64,000 bases of DNA from Rhodopseudomonas sp. (GCF_048594845.1 NZ_JBMDXE010000317.1:2726-66725); one strand, 5' to 3'; shown: positions 36,977 to 47,987, counted from the stretch's first letter. A program made the numbers and translations. The notes: a model not told the origin generated them from the letters alone.

Positions 36977-37858
36977 ATGGAAATCCGGCACCTCCGTTAT
37001 TTCGTCGCCGTCGCGCGGCACCTCAACTTCACGGCGGCCGCCGAGAGCCTCGGCGTCGCGCAGCCACCGCTCAGCCAGCAGATCAAGGATCTGGAGGCCG
37101 AGATCGGCACGACGTTGTTCGAACGGACGACGCGGCGGGTCGCGCTGACGCGCGCCGGAGAGGACTTTCTCAAGCAGGCGCTTGCTATTCTGGCGCGGGC
37201 CGAGGATGCCGTGCAGCGCGCGCGCTCGATCGGAGCCGGCACCGCCGGGATCCTGAATCTCGGATTGACCGGATCGGTCCTGACCGGACCGCTCGGGCGC
37301 GCCATCCAGCAATTCGCCCTGAACTATCCGGACGTCGATCTGCGGATCCACGAGATGTCGCCCGACCGGCAAATCGCTGCGTTGAAGGCAGGGCAGACCG
37401 ACCTGAGCTTTCTGCGCTGTCCGCCGCAGGACGTCGACATCGTCAGCGTCTTGGCTTGGATGGAGGAAGTCCGTGTCGTGCTGCCGAGGGGCCACAAGCT
37501 CGCGGCCAAAGCGGTGATGCTGGCGGATCTGCGCGATGAGAGTTTCGTGTTTCTACGTCTCGATGACTCGCTGTTCGCCAAGTACCTGTGGCAATGCTGC
37601 TTCGAGGCCGGATTCGCGCCGCGCATCACCCATCAGGTGGTCGAGTCGGCGTCGCTGACCAGCCTCGTCGCCGCCGGCCTCGGCGTCGCGATCATTCCGG
37701 AATTCGTCAGCAAGCTGGCGCATCAGGATGTGGTGTACCGGCCGCTCGGCGGCGCGCCGATCCATGCTGATGTACATGCGCTGCGAACCGCGACAGCGAA
37801 TCCGCTGGTCGATCAGTTCGTCAGCCTGGTCCAGACGCTCGGTCACGCCTCCGTTTGA
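36977..37858 (+). CDS. LysR family regulator
   Basis: MEIRHLRYFVAVARHLNFTAAAESLGVAQPPLSQQIKDLEAEIG..LFERTTRRV.LT; divergent from the ureide operon. Confidence 0.95.
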   Translation: MEIRHLRYFVAVARHLNFTAAAESLGVAQPPLSQQIKDLEAEIGTTLFERTTRRVALTRAGEDFLKQALAILARAEDAVQRARSIGAGTAGILNLGLTGSVLTGPLGRAIQQFALNYPDVDLRIHEMSPDRQIAALKAGQTDLSFLRCPPQDVDIVSVLAWMEEVRVVLPRGHKLAAKAVMLADLRDESFVFLRLDDSLFAKYLWQCCFEAGFAPRITHQVVESASLTSLVAAGLGVAIIPEFVSKLAHQDVVYRPLGGAPIHADVHALRTATANPLVDQFVSLVQTLGHASV

Positions 37859-37933
37859 ATGTAGAGGGACGCTGCGAGGCCGTGGTCGGGAGCTTGTCTG
37901 CCCCGGCGCCCCTCTCCTGAAGATGGTTGCGTG

Positions 37934-39055
37934 CTAGCTGTCGGCGCGCGCCGGATCATTCGGGGCCAGAGGGGCGATCGCCGGCGTGCTCGCGGTCAGC
38001 GCCTGGGTGTCGGCCGGCTGCCGCGCGATCGAATAGATGTCCCACGTGGCAATGAACAGCGCGGCGATCACCGGTCCGATGATGAAGCCGTTGAGGCCGA
38101 AAACTTGCAGGCCGCCGAGCGTGGAGATCAGCACCACATAGTCCGGCATGCGCGTATCCTTGCCGACCAGTACCGGGCGCAGCACGTTGTCCACCATGCC
38201 GATCACCAGCGTGCCGAAGGCGATCAGCACCACGCCCTGCCAGATCGATCCAGTGGCGATCATGTAGATCGCGACCGGCAGCCAGACCAGCCCGGCGCCG
38301 ACCGCGGGCAGCAGCGACAGAAACGCCATCACCACGCCCCATAGCAGCGCGCCCTTGATGCCGAGCAGATAGAAGATCACGCCGCCGAGCGCACCCTGGA
38401 TCAGCGCGATCAGCATGTTGCCCTTGACGGTGGCGCGGATCACGACGGCGAATTTGCGCAGCAGCTGGCTCTCCTGCTCGACCGGCAGCGGAATCGCGCG
38501 GCGGATGCGGCCAGCCAGCAGATCGCCGTCGCGCAGCAGGAAAAACAGCAGATAGAGCATCACGCCGAGATTGACCACGACCTCGAGCGTGCCCTGGCCG
38601 ATGCCGATCGCCTGGCTGGCGATATACTGGCTGCCCTGCATCAGCCCGCTCGACAGCCGCTGCTGCAGATCGGCGAGGCTGCCGATGTTGAAGCGATCGA
38701 GGAAACCGCTGATCCAGCTGGGGGGATCGGCAATGACCTGCTTCAGATAGCGCAGGATGTCGACGTCCCCAGAGTCCACCCGCCGATACATCTGGCTGGC
38801 TTCCTGGGCCAGTGCGGCGCCGATCAGCGACAGCGGTAGCAGCACCAGCATGATGATGATCGTCAGCGTCGTCAGCGCCGCGAGGTTGCGGCGGCCATCG
38901 TACAGCTGGGCGAGGCGCCGGTTGAGCGGCGCGAAGATGATCGCCATCACCATGCCCCACAGCACCGCGCTGTAGAGCGGCAGCAGGATCCAGCCGAAGC
39001 CGATCGAAACCGCCACCAGCAGCAGAATGAAGAACGGATTCTCCGACGCGCGCAT
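37934..39055 (-). CDS. AI-2E family transporter
   Basis: Multiple TM segments; FFLLRDG, RATVKG..LIA..QG..GG, DNVLRP.LVG...., GL..FG..GFI.GP. Confidence 0.9.
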   Translation of the reverse strand: MRASENPFFILLLVAVSIGFGWILLPLYSAVLWGMVMAIIFAPLNRRLAQLYDGRRNLAALTTLTIIIMLVLLPLSLIGAALAQEASQMYRRVDSGDVDILRYLKQVIADPPSWISGFLDRFNIGSLADLQQRLSSGLMQGSQYIASQAIGIGQGTLEVVVNLGVMLYLLFFLLRDGDLLAGRIRRAIPLPVEQESQLLRKFAVVIRATVKGNMLIALIQGALGGVIFYLLGIKGALLWGVVMAFLSLLPAVGAGLVWLPVAIYMIATGSIWQGVVLIAFGTLVIGMVDNVLRPVLVGKDTRMPDYVVLISTLGGLQVFGLNGFIIGPVIAALFIATWDIYSIARQPADTQALTASTPAIAPLAPNDPARADS

Positions 39056-39520
39056 TCCCACTTGATCTCCTCGACCGTTGCGGACCTTAACGACCCAGGT
39101 CGCCATTCGCTCCGTGACGGTCTGCACAATATACGACGCCAGGTCTGGGTGGCGGGCCGGATCGCCGGGGTACAACCCCTCGCGTGGCCGCCGCAAAACC
39201 GGCGCTTCGCGCGTCACGGTAAGTCATTACATCGGGAATTGAAATGCTGGGCGGCGCAAAGGGCGCGCGGCGCGTCATCTTGCCGTCGGCCGCGTGAGCC
39301 ACGGCGGCCTGTCGCTCTTGGCCTCAAGTATCTCCGTAGAGATACGAGCCGGATAATTAACCAAGCAAAAATCTCCAGATCGCAACATTCAGCTCACCAA
39401 CGCCGGACGATTTCCGGGGCTGCGGGTGAACGACGTTGGTATCAACCTCGTATTACCACGGGCATCATCACGTAACTACACACCAGGCGCCGGACGTCCT
39501 CGGACGGCAGGAAGACAACC

Positions 39521-41212
39521 ATGCTGGCAAAATTTTCAATTCGCGCGAAGATCACGACGCTCGTGGCTGCGCTCCTCATCGCCATGTCGGGACTGGGCGC
39601 CCTCGGGATATTCAAACTTCAATCGATGAATACTGCGACGATCGACATCGCCAAGAACTGGCTGCCGAGCGTCCGTATCCTCGGCGAGCTACGCTACAAT
39701 GTCTTGAACTATCGGACGGCGCTCCGGAACCACATGCTCGACATGACCGCCGAAGGGAAGGCGGGCGTCGAGAAGCGCATCCTCGAGCTCGACGATCGGA
39801 TCCAGAAGACGCAGCAAACCTACGAGGCGCTGATCTCTTCCCCCGAGGAGCGACAGATCTACGAGAGCTGGAAGGCTCAATGGATCGAATACAAGGCGGT
39901 GGGGGCGAAGATCATCGAAGCGTCCCGCAAGACCCTGGGGCAGGTCTCGATGGAAGGGACCGATATCCTGTTCAAGCAGGCCAATCCGCTCGGTCTGAAG
40001 ATGGACGAGCTGCTGCAGAAGGATGTGGCGCTGAACGACAAGGGTGCGGACGACTCCACGGTGGTGGCGGACGCGACCTACTCGTCCGCCTTCTACATCA
40101 TTCTCGCCATCCTGGCCGCCAGCATTCTGTTCGGCGTCGTCGCCAGCTTCCTGGTGATCCGCGACGTGATCGCCGGCATCGACGGCATCATCAAGCCGAT
40201 GCAGTCGCTCGGACAGGGTGATTTGACCGCGGAGGTGCCGTATCGCGGCATCACCACCGAGATCGGCTCGATGGCGGATGCGCTGCAGATCTTCAAGGAA
40301 GCGCTGATCGCCAAGAAGGCCGCCGATGAAGCGGCGGCCCGCGAAGCCGAAGCGAAGATCGCGCGCGGCCAACGGGTGGATACGGCGACCCGGCAGTTCG
40401 AAAGCGCGATCAGCGAGATCGTCGCGACCGTCACCTCCGCTTCCACCGAGCTGGAAGCCTCGGCCGGCACCCTCACCGCCACGGCCGGACATGCCCAGGA
40501 ATTGACCACCGCAGTTGCCGCGGCTTCGGAGGAAGCCTCCACAAACGTGCAGTCGGTGGCGTCGGCGACCGAGGAAATGTCGTCGTCGATCACCGAGATC
40601 AGCCGGCAGGTGCAGGAATCCGCCCGGATCGCCGGCGAAGCCGTCGAGCAGGCGCGGGCCACCAATGCCAGCGTCGGCGAGCTGTCGACGGCGGCAGCGC
40701 GGATCGGCGATGTGGTCGAGCTGATCAACACCATCGCGGGGCAGACCAACCTGCTGGCGCTCAACGCCACGATCGAGGCGGCGAGGGCCGGCGAGGCGGG
40801 TCGCGGCTTCGCCGTGGTGGCGTCGGAGGTGAAGGCGCTGGCCGAACAGACCGCGAAGGCCACCGGCGAGATCAGCGCGCAGATCGGCGGAATCCAGAAT
40901 GCGACCGGCTCGTCCGTCAAGGCGATCCGCGAGATCGGCGAGACCATCGCCAAGATGTCCGAAATCGCCTCCACCATCGCGTCGGCGGTGGAGGAACAAG
41001 GCGCCGCCACTCAGGAGATCTCGCGCAACGTTCAGCAGGCGGCCGAAGGCACCCAGCAAGTGTCGGCCAATATCGCCGACGTACAGCGCGGCGCCACCGA
41101 GACCGGTTCGGCCTCCAATCAGGTTCTGTCCGCTGCACGGTCGCTGTCGCAGGACAGCGACAAGCTGAAGAATGAAGTCGCGAAATTCCTTGAGACCGTG
41201 CGGGCCGCCTGA
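39521..41212 (+). CDS. Methyl-accepting chemotaxis protein (4-helix-bundle sensor, HAMP)
   Basis: TM1, NWLPSVR.LG periplasmic domain, TM2, HAMP (EIGSMADAL), [34 protein letters not shown]. Confidence 0.95.
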   Translation: MLAKFSIRAKITTLVAALLIAMSGLGALGIFKLQSMNTATIDIAKNWLPSVRILGELRYNVLNYRTALRNHMLDMTAEGKAGVEKRILELDDRIQKTQQTYEALISSPEERQIYESWKAQWIEYKAVGAKIIEASRKTLGQVSMEGTDILFKQANPLGLKMDELLQKDVALNDKGADDSTVVADATYSSAFYIILAILAASILFGVVASFLVIRDVIAGIDGIIKPMQSLGQGDLTAEVPYRGITTEIGSMADALQIFKEALIAKKAADEAAAREAEAKIARGQRVDTATRQFESAISEIVATVTSASTELEASAGTLTATAGHAQELTTAVAAASEEASTNVQSVASATEEMSSSITEISRQVQESARIAGEAVEQARATNASVGELSTAAARIGDVVELINTIAGQTNLLALNATIEAARAGEAGRGFAVVASEVKALAEQTAKATGEISAQIGGIQNATGSSVKAIREIGETIAKMSEIASTIASAVEEQGAATQEISRNVQQAAEGTQQVSANIADVQRGATETGSASNQVLSAARSLSQDSDKLKNEVAKFLETVRAA

Positions 41213-41246
41213 GCGCTGCCGAACGTTCCATCGTCTTATCCCGCCT

Positions 41247-41280
41247 GCGCCGCGCGACCGGTTTCGCGCGGCGCTTTTTT
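41247..41280 (+). terminator. Rho-independent terminator after the MCP gene
   Basis: GCGCCGCGCGA-ccggtt-TCGCGCGGCGC followed by TTTTTT. Confidence 0.85.
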
Positions 41281-41389
41281 GTCGGCGCGCCGCATCCGAC
41301 GGATTTGCGGTTTGCCGGAAGGGCTGACAGTGTCGCGCGGAGAGCGCGCGCCGACGCGGCGCGGCGAGGTTGATCTGGAAGGACAAGCG

Positions 41390-42451
41390 ATGAGCGACGC
41401 GGTGGTCGACGACATCGTGGCGTTGCTGCCGCCGCTGCTGCAGTCGGTCGAGACGCTCGGCTTCGTTGCGCGCTATCTGCATCCGCCTGATTTCGGCGAG
41501 GTGATGCGGATGGCGGGCTCGCCAGACGCTGATCTGCGCGCGCAGCTGCCGCGGCTGGCGAACTGGCCCGACGCCTTCGCGCATCTGCGCGGCCCGTTGC
41601 AGATCGCCGGCGATCACGTCTTGGCGTCGTTCGATGCTTTGCGTGCCGCCGAGGCCGGCGAAGGCGATCTCGTCACCGTGTTTCGCGCGCTGCGGCATCT
41701 GCCCCGCGCGATGGAAGCGCTGTATCCGCTGGCCGCGACATTGCCGCCGGTCTCCGACCTGTTTCTCGACGAACAGGCGCGCGCCGACGAGGATCTGCGC
41801 GCCCGCCTGACTCAGAAGCATCCGGACAGCGGCGTGTTTCATCACGACAACGATCCGGGCAGTCGCGGCGGCTTCTCGTTCTACGTGCCCGAGACCTACA
41901 CGCCGGACCGGACCTGGCCATTGGTGGTGGCGCTGCACGGCGGCAGCGGCCATGGGCGATTGTTCCTGTGGAGCTGGCTACGCGAGGCGCGCAGCCACGG
42001 TGCCATCGTGGTAGCGCCGACCGCGCTCGGCCCGACGTGGGCACTGATGGGCGAGGATGCGGATACGCCAAACCTCGAACGAATCGTCGCCTTCGTGCGG
42101 TCGCGCTGGTCGATCGATCCGCAGCGGCTGCTACTGACCGGGCTGAGTGACGGCGGCACGTTCTGTTACGTCAGCGGGCTCGGCGCCGCGTCGCCCTTCA
42201 CGCACCTGGCGCCGATCGCGGCGAGCTTTCATCCGATGATCGCCAGCATTGCCGACGCCGAGCGGCTGCGCGGGCTGCCGATCCAGATCGTGCACGGCCG
42301 GCATGACTGGATGTTTCCTGTCGAGATGGCCCGGCAGGCGCAGCAGGCGCTGGTCGTGGCCGGTGCGGATGTGACCTATCGGGAGATCGAAGATCTCAGC
42401 CACACCTATCCGCGCGAGATCAACACGGCGCTGCTCGACTGGCTGAAGTGA
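41390..42451 (+). CDS. Phospholipase/carboxylesterase family alpha/beta hydrolase
   Basis: LVVALHGGSG, LLTGLSDGG nucleophile elbow, HG..DWMFP, HTYPRE.N. Confidence 0.85.
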   Translation: MSDAVVDDIVALLPPLLQSVETLGFVARYLHPPDFGEVMRMAGSPDADLRAQLPRLANWPDAFAHLRGPLQIAGDHVLASFDALRAAEAGEGDLVTVFRALRHLPRAMEALYPLAATLPPVSDLFLDEQARADEDLRARLTQKHPDSGVFHHDNDPGSRGGFSFYVPETYTPDRTWPLVVALHGGSGHGRLFLWSWLREARSHGAIVVAPTALGPTWALMGEDADTPNLERIVAFVRSRWSIDPQRLLLTGLSDGGTFCYVSGLGAASPFTHLAPIAASFHPMIASIADAERLRGLPIQIVHGRHDWMFPVEMARQAQQALVVAGADVTYREIEDLSHTYPREINTALLDWLK

Positions 42452-42458
42452 GCCCGGT

Positions 42459-42926
42459 TCACGCGCGACCAAGCCGCGGCGCCGCGGCTTTCGCCAGCTC
42501 CGTCGCTTGGCCGCGATCCGCGTAGAGTGACAGCAGCAGCGTCGCGAAGCCGGCTTGAAACAGCGCGGCGCCTGCGGCGACGTGGGTCATCTGCCAGATC
42601 ACGATCGGCGCCGCGCACATCAGCGCGGGGGCGAACGAGTAGCCCAACGCCAGCACCGGCGAGGCCGGATGACCGAGCCGCCACAGTGACACGCCGAGCG
42701 CGGCCAGCGCGAGGGTGGCTTTCACCACGGCCATGAAGCGCAGGAGCAGGATCAGTTCGGGATCGGTTTGCCGGATGGCGACCGCGGTGGCGTCTGGCGG
42801 TGACGCCAGCAGCGCGACTGCGATCGCGGCAGCCACGGCGATCAGTGCGATGGCTCGGCGATAGGTCGGAGCCTGCATCTGCTGCGGAGTAACAGATGCC
42901 ACTGATCGTGCCGTCGCATTGCTCAT
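42459..42926 (-). CDS. Hypothetical membrane protein
   Basis: 155 aa ORF with about four hydrophobic segments. Confidence 0.6.
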   Translation of the reverse strand: MSNATARSVASVTPQQMQAPTYRRAIALIAVAAAIAVALLASPPDATAVAIRQTDPELILLLRFMAVVKATLALAALGVSLWRLGHPASPVLALGYSFAPALMCAAPIVIWQMTHVAAGAALFQAGFATLLLSLYADRGQATELAKAAAPRLGRA

Positions 42927-43146
42927 GGTCGGCGCCCTCGAGGCTAAGAGGCTGGCAACAGCCTAGCGGGTTGCAGGGGCGCGTCAAATCACAAGGCGAC
43001 AACCACGCACCAAGGTCATCGCGCGGCTCGACCGGGCGACCCAGTTGTTCAGAGTGGTCGTGCTACTTCCTATCGCGCTGCAATGCGTGGCGGCGCGCTG
43101 CCAAGACAGCGCCGATTCCAGCCGAGCGCCGCGAGGCGCAAGCCAC

Positions 43147-43869
43147 TTACTTCATCAGGAGCGTCACCAAGACCGGCACCAGCAGGGCGGTGATCAGCGC
43201 GTTGAGGCTCATGGCGATGCCGGCGAAGACGCCGGCGATGGCGTCGACCTGAAAGGCGCGGGCGGTACCGATGCCGTGGGAGGCGAGGCCGACCGCAAAG
43301 CCGCGCGCGCGGAAATCGCGGATGCCCATCGCGTTCATCAGCGGCGTGACCACGATGGCCCCCATGATGCCAGTGATGATCACCGCGACCGCCGTCAGTG
43401 ACGGATCGGCGTGCAGCGACTCGCTGATCCCCATCGCGACGCCGGCCGTCACCGATTTCGGTGCCAGTGACAGCACGACGACGTCGGGCAGGCCGGCAAG
43501 CTGGGCGAGCACCACCACCGAGACGATGGCGGCGATGCAGCCGACCACCAGCGCCACGGCCATCGGCACAACTGCGGCGACCACTTGGTGGCGGTTTTCA
43601 TAAAGCGGCACTGCCAGCGCGACCGTTGCCGGGCCGAGCAGGAAGTGGACGAACTGCGCGCCGCCGAAATACGTCGTGTAGGAGGTGCCGGTGACCCAAA
43701 GAAACGCACCGATGATCCACATCGCGTGCAGCACCGGATTGACCAATGGGTTGCGGCCGGACGCCTGAGACACCGCGTCAGTCGCCGCATACACCAGCAA
43801 CGTCACGGTCAGCCACAGCAGCGGCGTCTGAGACAGATACACCCACAGCGAGAACGGATTGCTGCTCAT
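43147..43869 (-). CDS. lrgB: LrgB family membrane protein
   Basis: LLGPATVALAVPLY, SLAPKSVT, GLASHGIGTARA. Confidence 0.92.
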   Translation of the reverse strand: MSSNPFSLWVYLSQTPLLWLTVTLLVYAATDAVSQASGRNPLVNPVLHAMWIIGAFLWVTGTSYTTYFGGAQFVHFLLGPATVALAVPLYENRHQVVAAVVPMAVALVVGCIAAIVSVVVLAQLAGLPDVVVLSLAPKSVTAGVAMGISESLHADPSLTAVAVIITGIMGAIVVTPLMNAMGIRDFRARGFAVGLASHGIGTARAFQVDAIAGVFAGIAMSLNALITALLVPVLVTLLMK

Positions 43870-44249
43870 CGCGAGCCCCACATCGACAGCAGCCGCGCGG
43901 TGATCAAAAACGTCAGCACGGTCGCCAGGAGCGTGATCAGCACCGAGCCGGCCAGCACCAGCGCGATGGCGATGCCATGGCTGGCGATCATGTCGAGTTG
44001 CTGGATGACGCCGACCCCCGCCGGCACGAACAGCAGCGACAGATGCGCCAGCATGCCCTTCGATGCGTTTTCCACGCCGTTGTCGCGCAGCGGCCCGATT
44101 GCCAGCCAGCCAAAGCGATCCCGCGCCAGCAAAAGCAGCAGCAGAAACAATAGCCCGACCACCGGGCCGGGCAGCGGTAGCGCGAGCGCACGCACCACCA
44201 CCTCGGCGGCGAGCTGGCACAGCAGAATCAGCCCGAGACTAGCTATCAT
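43866..44249 (-). CDS. lrgA: CidA/LrgA family holin-like protein
   Basis: PLPGPVVGLLFL, LSLLFVPAGVGV; overlaps the lrgB start. Confidence 0.92.
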   Translation of the reverse strand: MIASLGLILLCQLAAEVVVRALALPLPGPVVGLLFLLLLLLARDRFGWLAIGPLRDNGVENASKGMLAHLSLLFVPAGVGVIQQLDMIASHGIAIALVLAGSVLITLLATVLTFLITARLLSMWGSR

Positions 44250-44346
44250 CCGACACCCCGAATTTCCGTGAGGCGAACGGATGAGCCGGTTTGCGCGGGG
44301 CTGTCAAATCACCGCCCCGCGCGCCGCAGCTGGGTGGGCGCCCGCC

Positions 44347-44862
44347 TCAGCCCTTCAACCGCTTGTTGCACTCGCTCCAATAGCCGCCGCCCTTCTGGAT
44401 CCACTTCAGGCCGCCGGTGGTGTTGGCGGCCTTATTGGCCTTCCACTGTTCGGCGCAGGTGTGCAGCCGGGCGCGCGCCGCGGGCTCCTTGGCGAATTTC
44501 GCATCGACGGCGGTGGGGAAGGTGGCCGGCCCGGCCGGGGCCGCGGCCGGAGCTGCGGCAGCCTTCGGCTTCGCGGGAGGTTTGGCGTCGTCGGCCTTGC
44601 CCTCCGTCGATTTCGTCTCGGACGCTTTGGTCTCGGCGGTCTTGGCGTCGCTCGCGGCCGGAGCAGCTGCGGCGTCGCTGCCGCATTGCGCCTTGCGGAA
44701 ATCGTTCCAGCTCTGTCCGTTCAGCGTTCCGCCGCTTTTCGCCGCCTGATACTTGGCACTGCACTCCTGCGCGGTGAGCGCATGGCCGGGCGTCGCGCTG
44801 ACCAGCAACAGCAGAGCCGTTGCGGCAAGGCCGGCGGGCGCTGCAAATCGTCGTTCCGTCAT
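44347..44862 (-). CDS. Hypothetical secreted protein with two Cys-containing repeats
   Basis: Signal peptide (…PGHA-LT), CSAKYQAAK…WNDFRKAQC and CAEQWKANK…WSEC joined by an Ala/Pro/Lys linker. Confidence 0.75.
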   Translation of the reverse strand: MTERRFAAPAGLAATALLLLVSATPGHALTAQECSAKYQAAKSGGTLNGQSWNDFRKAQCGSDAAAAPAASDAKTAETKASETKSTEGKADDAKPPAKPKAAAAPAAAPAGPATFPTAVDAKFAKEPAARARLHTCAEQWKANKAANTTGGLKWIQKGGGYWSECNKRLKG

Positions 44863-45029
44863 GGTCCAGTCTCCTGGGGATGATGAGCGGGCAGCATCCT
44901 AGCGATGGACTGTGAGCTTACAATTGCGAACTGATTAGCTCGTGGCGATTACCGCTCGCGTGCGTCGTCGGCATGGCGGCGCGCGTGGTTCGCATTTGCC
45001 GGCGGTAATTGGATTTGCGATAAGGTCGC

Positions 45030-46109
45030 GTGTCAGAAAATCCTGCCCTCACCGCCCCGGGCTGGCGGTCCAAAACCATCAACGTGATCGAAACCATCGC
45101 GATCGGCACGGCCGGTGGCGGGTTGTTCTATTGGACCCAGCTTCCGGGCGGGCTGATCACCGGCGCGATGGTGGCAGTCGCGGCCGCGGGGCTCGCGGGC
45201 CGCAAGATGGGGCTGCCTCCGCCGCTCTCGCACATCGTGTTGATGGCGCTCGGCGTCTCGCTCGGTTCGATGGTGTCGCCGGCGATGATCCACAATCTGT
45301 CGTCCTATCCGCTGACGATCGGATTGCTGGCGGTCGCGACCTTCTGCGCCACCTTCGGCAGCAGCATTTATCTGCAGCGGGTCCACGGCTGGGATCGCAC
45401 CTCGGCGCTACTCGCCGGCAGCCCCGGGGCGCTGTCGCAGATCATCATGCTGGCGACCGAGCGCAAGGCCAACGTGCCGGGCATCGCCGTGGTGCAGATC
45501 ATGCGAGTGATCATTCTGACCAGCGCAGTGCCGCTGTTGCTGGCGGCGACAGGCATGATGGCGCACGGACCGCTGCCGTCGCGCGGCCCAGAGGCGACGC
45601 CGCTGGTTCTGATCGAGCTCTGCGTGGTGGCGATCGGCGCGTCGCTGCTGCTGCGGCTGATCAACTTCCCGGCGAGCTGGATGTTCGGCGCGATGCTCGG
45701 CTCCTCGGTGCTGCACGGCTCCGGGCTGGTCGAAGGAACGCTGCCGCAATGGGCCTATCTGCCGGCGCTGGTCGGGATCGGCACCCTGATCGGCTCGCGC
45801 TTCGGGGCGATCAAGCTGCGCACCATCCTCAGCTATCTGGGCGCCGCGCTCGGCTCGTTCGCGGTGGCGATCGCGATTTCGACGGTGTTCGTGGTGGCCA
45901 TCATCCTGACCACGCCGGTGCGGCTGGCCGACCTCGTAGTGGCGTTTTCACCGGGCGCGATGGACGCCATGATGGCGCTTGCCCTGACGCTGCACATCGA
46001 TCCGGTGTTCGTCGGCGCGCATCATCTGTCACGCTTCATCTACGTGTCGATCGTGACGCCAGGGATCGTGCATTGGTTCGGACGCAGCCCGGACGATCTC
46101 GACGATTGA
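45030..46109 (+). CDS. AbrB family membrane protein
   Basis: Duplicated hydrophobic halves with motifs AGSPGALSQI and FSPGAMDAM. Confidence 0.85.
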   Translation: MSENPALTAPGWRSKTINVIETIAIGTAGGGLFYWTQLPGGLITGAMVAVAAAGLAGRKMGLPPPLSHIVLMALGVSLGSMVSPAMIHNLSSYPLTIGLLAVATFCATFGSSIYLQRVHGWDRTSALLAGSPGALSQIIMLATERKANVPGIAVVQIMRVIILTSAVPLLLAATGMMAHGPLPSRGPEATPLVLIELCVVAIGASLLLRLINFPASWMFGAMLGSSVLHGSGLVEGTLPQWAYLPALVGIGTLIGSRFGAIKLRTILSYLGAALGSFAVAIAISTVFVVAIILTTPVRLADLVVAFSPGAMDAMMALALTLHIDPVFVGAHHLSRFIYVSIVTPGIVHWFGRSPDDLDD

Positions 46110-46119
46110 GATTGCGCCG

Positions 46120-46665
46120 TCAGCGCCGCATCCGGACGATGCCCCAGCCGGCAAGTGCCGCCAGCGCCAGCGATACCAGCACGTTGTAGCCGGCGAGCGA
46201 GAGGCCGAGGAAGCGCCACTGCACCTCGTCGCAGCGCACGACTTTCACCTTGTCGAGCTGGTCGAGTAGACTGCCGGCCTTGCCGAGATCGAGCACCGGC
46301 CCGCTGCAGTCGGTCGGGCCGGCCCAGAATTTCCACTCGACGCCTGCATGATAGGCGCCGAGACCGGCATTGCCGAGCGCCAGCAGCGCCACGACGGCGA
46401 GGCCTGACAGCAGCAGCGAACCCGGTGCCTCGCGCCACGCCGCGAAGGCCAGCAGCGCTGCGAGCGGGATCCCCACATAATACGCGTAGCGCTGCTCCAG
46501 GCAGAGCGGGCAGGGCTGCAGGTCCAGCGCGAGCTGGAAATACCAGGCGGCACCGAGCGCCGCGGCGGCGATCACCGCGTAAGTGAGCGCGACGTTCTGG
46601 GCGATGCGCGCGCCGCGCGCCAGCCGGGCGCCGATGCGGGATTGTTCGACGAGATTGGCCGTCAC
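46120..46665 (-). CDS. DsbB family disulfide bond formation protein
   Basis: LQPCPLCLEQRYAY, YHAGVEW.FW.GP.DC, VVRCDE..W.FLG.S. GTG start with GGAG RBS. Confidence 0.88.
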   Translation of the reverse strand: MTANLVEQSRIGARLARGARIAQNVALTYAVIAAAALGAAWYFQLALDLQPCPLCLEQRYAYYVGIPLAALLAFAAWREAPGSLLLSGLAVVALLALGNAGLGAYHAGVEWKFWAGPTDCSGPVLDLGKAGSLLDQLDKVKVVRCDEVQWRFLGLSLAGYNVLVSLALAALAGWGIVRMRR

Positions 46666-46830
46666 GGTGATCTCCGGATCTGCCGCGTCGTATCGCGCAG
46701 CCGCGGCGCTGTCGAGACGGCCGCCGATCAAACCGCGGTGTAGGCGCCGCGCTCGGCCCGCCGGGTTGACCCGGACTCCCCGGCCGCTATAGTCCCGGCC
46801 GCTTCGCTGCCGGCTCGTCCGGCGGCGCGG

Positions 46831-46915
46831 GCCCCTGTGGCGGAACTGGTAGACGCGCTCGACTCAAAATCGAGTTCCGCAAGGAGTGCTGGTTCGATCC
46901 CGGCCAGGGGCACCA
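46831..46915 (+). tRNA. tRNA-Leu(CAA)
   Basis: GCCCCTGTGGCGGAACTGGTAGACGCG CTCGA-CT-CAA-AA-TCGAG, long variable arm, GGTTCGATCC, acceptor end AGGGGCACCA; 85 nt. Confidence 0.97.
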
Positions 46916-46973
46916 TTCGGCTCTGTTCGTCTTGCCGGCCTCTGGCTTTATCGAGCTTTCTGTCCCAATCGGC

Positions 46974-47483
46974 TCAGAAGCCCCCCGCCAGTCTCCGGCA
47001 GGTCTTTTCCAGGCGCTCCTTGAACTCGTTCATCTGATCGTTGAGCTGATCGAGCTCGTCGTCGGTCAGATCGGCAAACACCACATCGTTGACCGAGCAT
47101 TCGTCCACCGTCATCGCAGCAATCTGCTTGGTGGCCTTGTCGGACAGCGACAGCTTCACGACCCGCGCGTCGGTCGGATCGGTCAGCCGCCGCACCAGCC
47201 CCTTCTTCTCGAGCAGCTTGGTCTGAGTGGTGATGAACGACGGGTCGACGTGAAGGGCCCGCGCGACATGGCGGACCGAAACGCCGTCCGCTTCGTCGAG
47301 GCCCTTGATGGTCATCATGATCGAGACCTGCGGTCCGGTGATACCGAGGTCTTTGGCGAAGAAGGTCCGGATTTCGTCGAGGAAGATGTGGATGCTGGCA
47401 ATCGTCGCGGTGAAGCGCCGTGCTGTTTCCGGCTGTACCGACGACCGCGAAGGTACAGGGCTGAGCTTGGTCTTCTCTCGCAT
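46974..47483 (-). CDS. MarR family regulator
   Basis: GITGPQ...VARALHVDPSFITTQTKLLEKKGLVRR..DP.DAR.V.LSL. Confidence 0.85.
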   Translation of the reverse strand: MREKTKLSPVPSRSSVQPETARRFTATIASIHIFLDEIRTFFAKDLGITGPQVSIMMTIKGLDEADGVSVRHVARALHVDPSFITTQTKLLEKKGLVRRLTDPTDARVVKLSLSDKATKQIAAMTVDECSVNDVVFADLTDDELDQLNDQMNEFKERLEKTCRRLAGGF

Positions 47484-47987
47484 CCCGATTCCGGCGCTCC
47501 ATGTGCGAATGAGAGGTAATGTATTCTACACGGTTGAGTGGATTAGGTAATGGGCAAAACTGCGGCGCTTGTTGCCTTGCAGTGCGTCATTTGCCGCTTG
47601 CCGGGACGCTCACTTCAGCCCGTTCCAGACAACCACTCGTTCTGTATCGCGAGGCCATCGGCGGGACTGTCGAGCCCCGCCTTCGCTGCGTTGCGGCATC
47701 TGTATTGCGAAGGATAAATTCCTTGCGGCGCGCGCAAGCGCTGACGGGCGGGCGTGTGTTGCGCGTGTTGCGCAAATACCACGCTAACTACAAATCAGAT
47801 CAGTGAGTTCATAAACGAATTTGCTCAGGTGATAAAATCAATCATGATCTTTCCGTGACGGGTGGGGCAAAACACGAATCGTCCCGTCACGTGCGCCGCG
47901 CATCGAGGCCGGCGGACATCGAAGTACCAGGGCCGACCTCAGGCATCGACCTGCAGGCCCTTCCACTTTGTAGACCTGGAGGGTCGT

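Noticed and set aside
39357-39363. CtrA site upstream of the MCP gene (also TTAAC near 62701)
   Set aside because: Only half sites (TTAACCA); no full TTAA-N7-TTAA.
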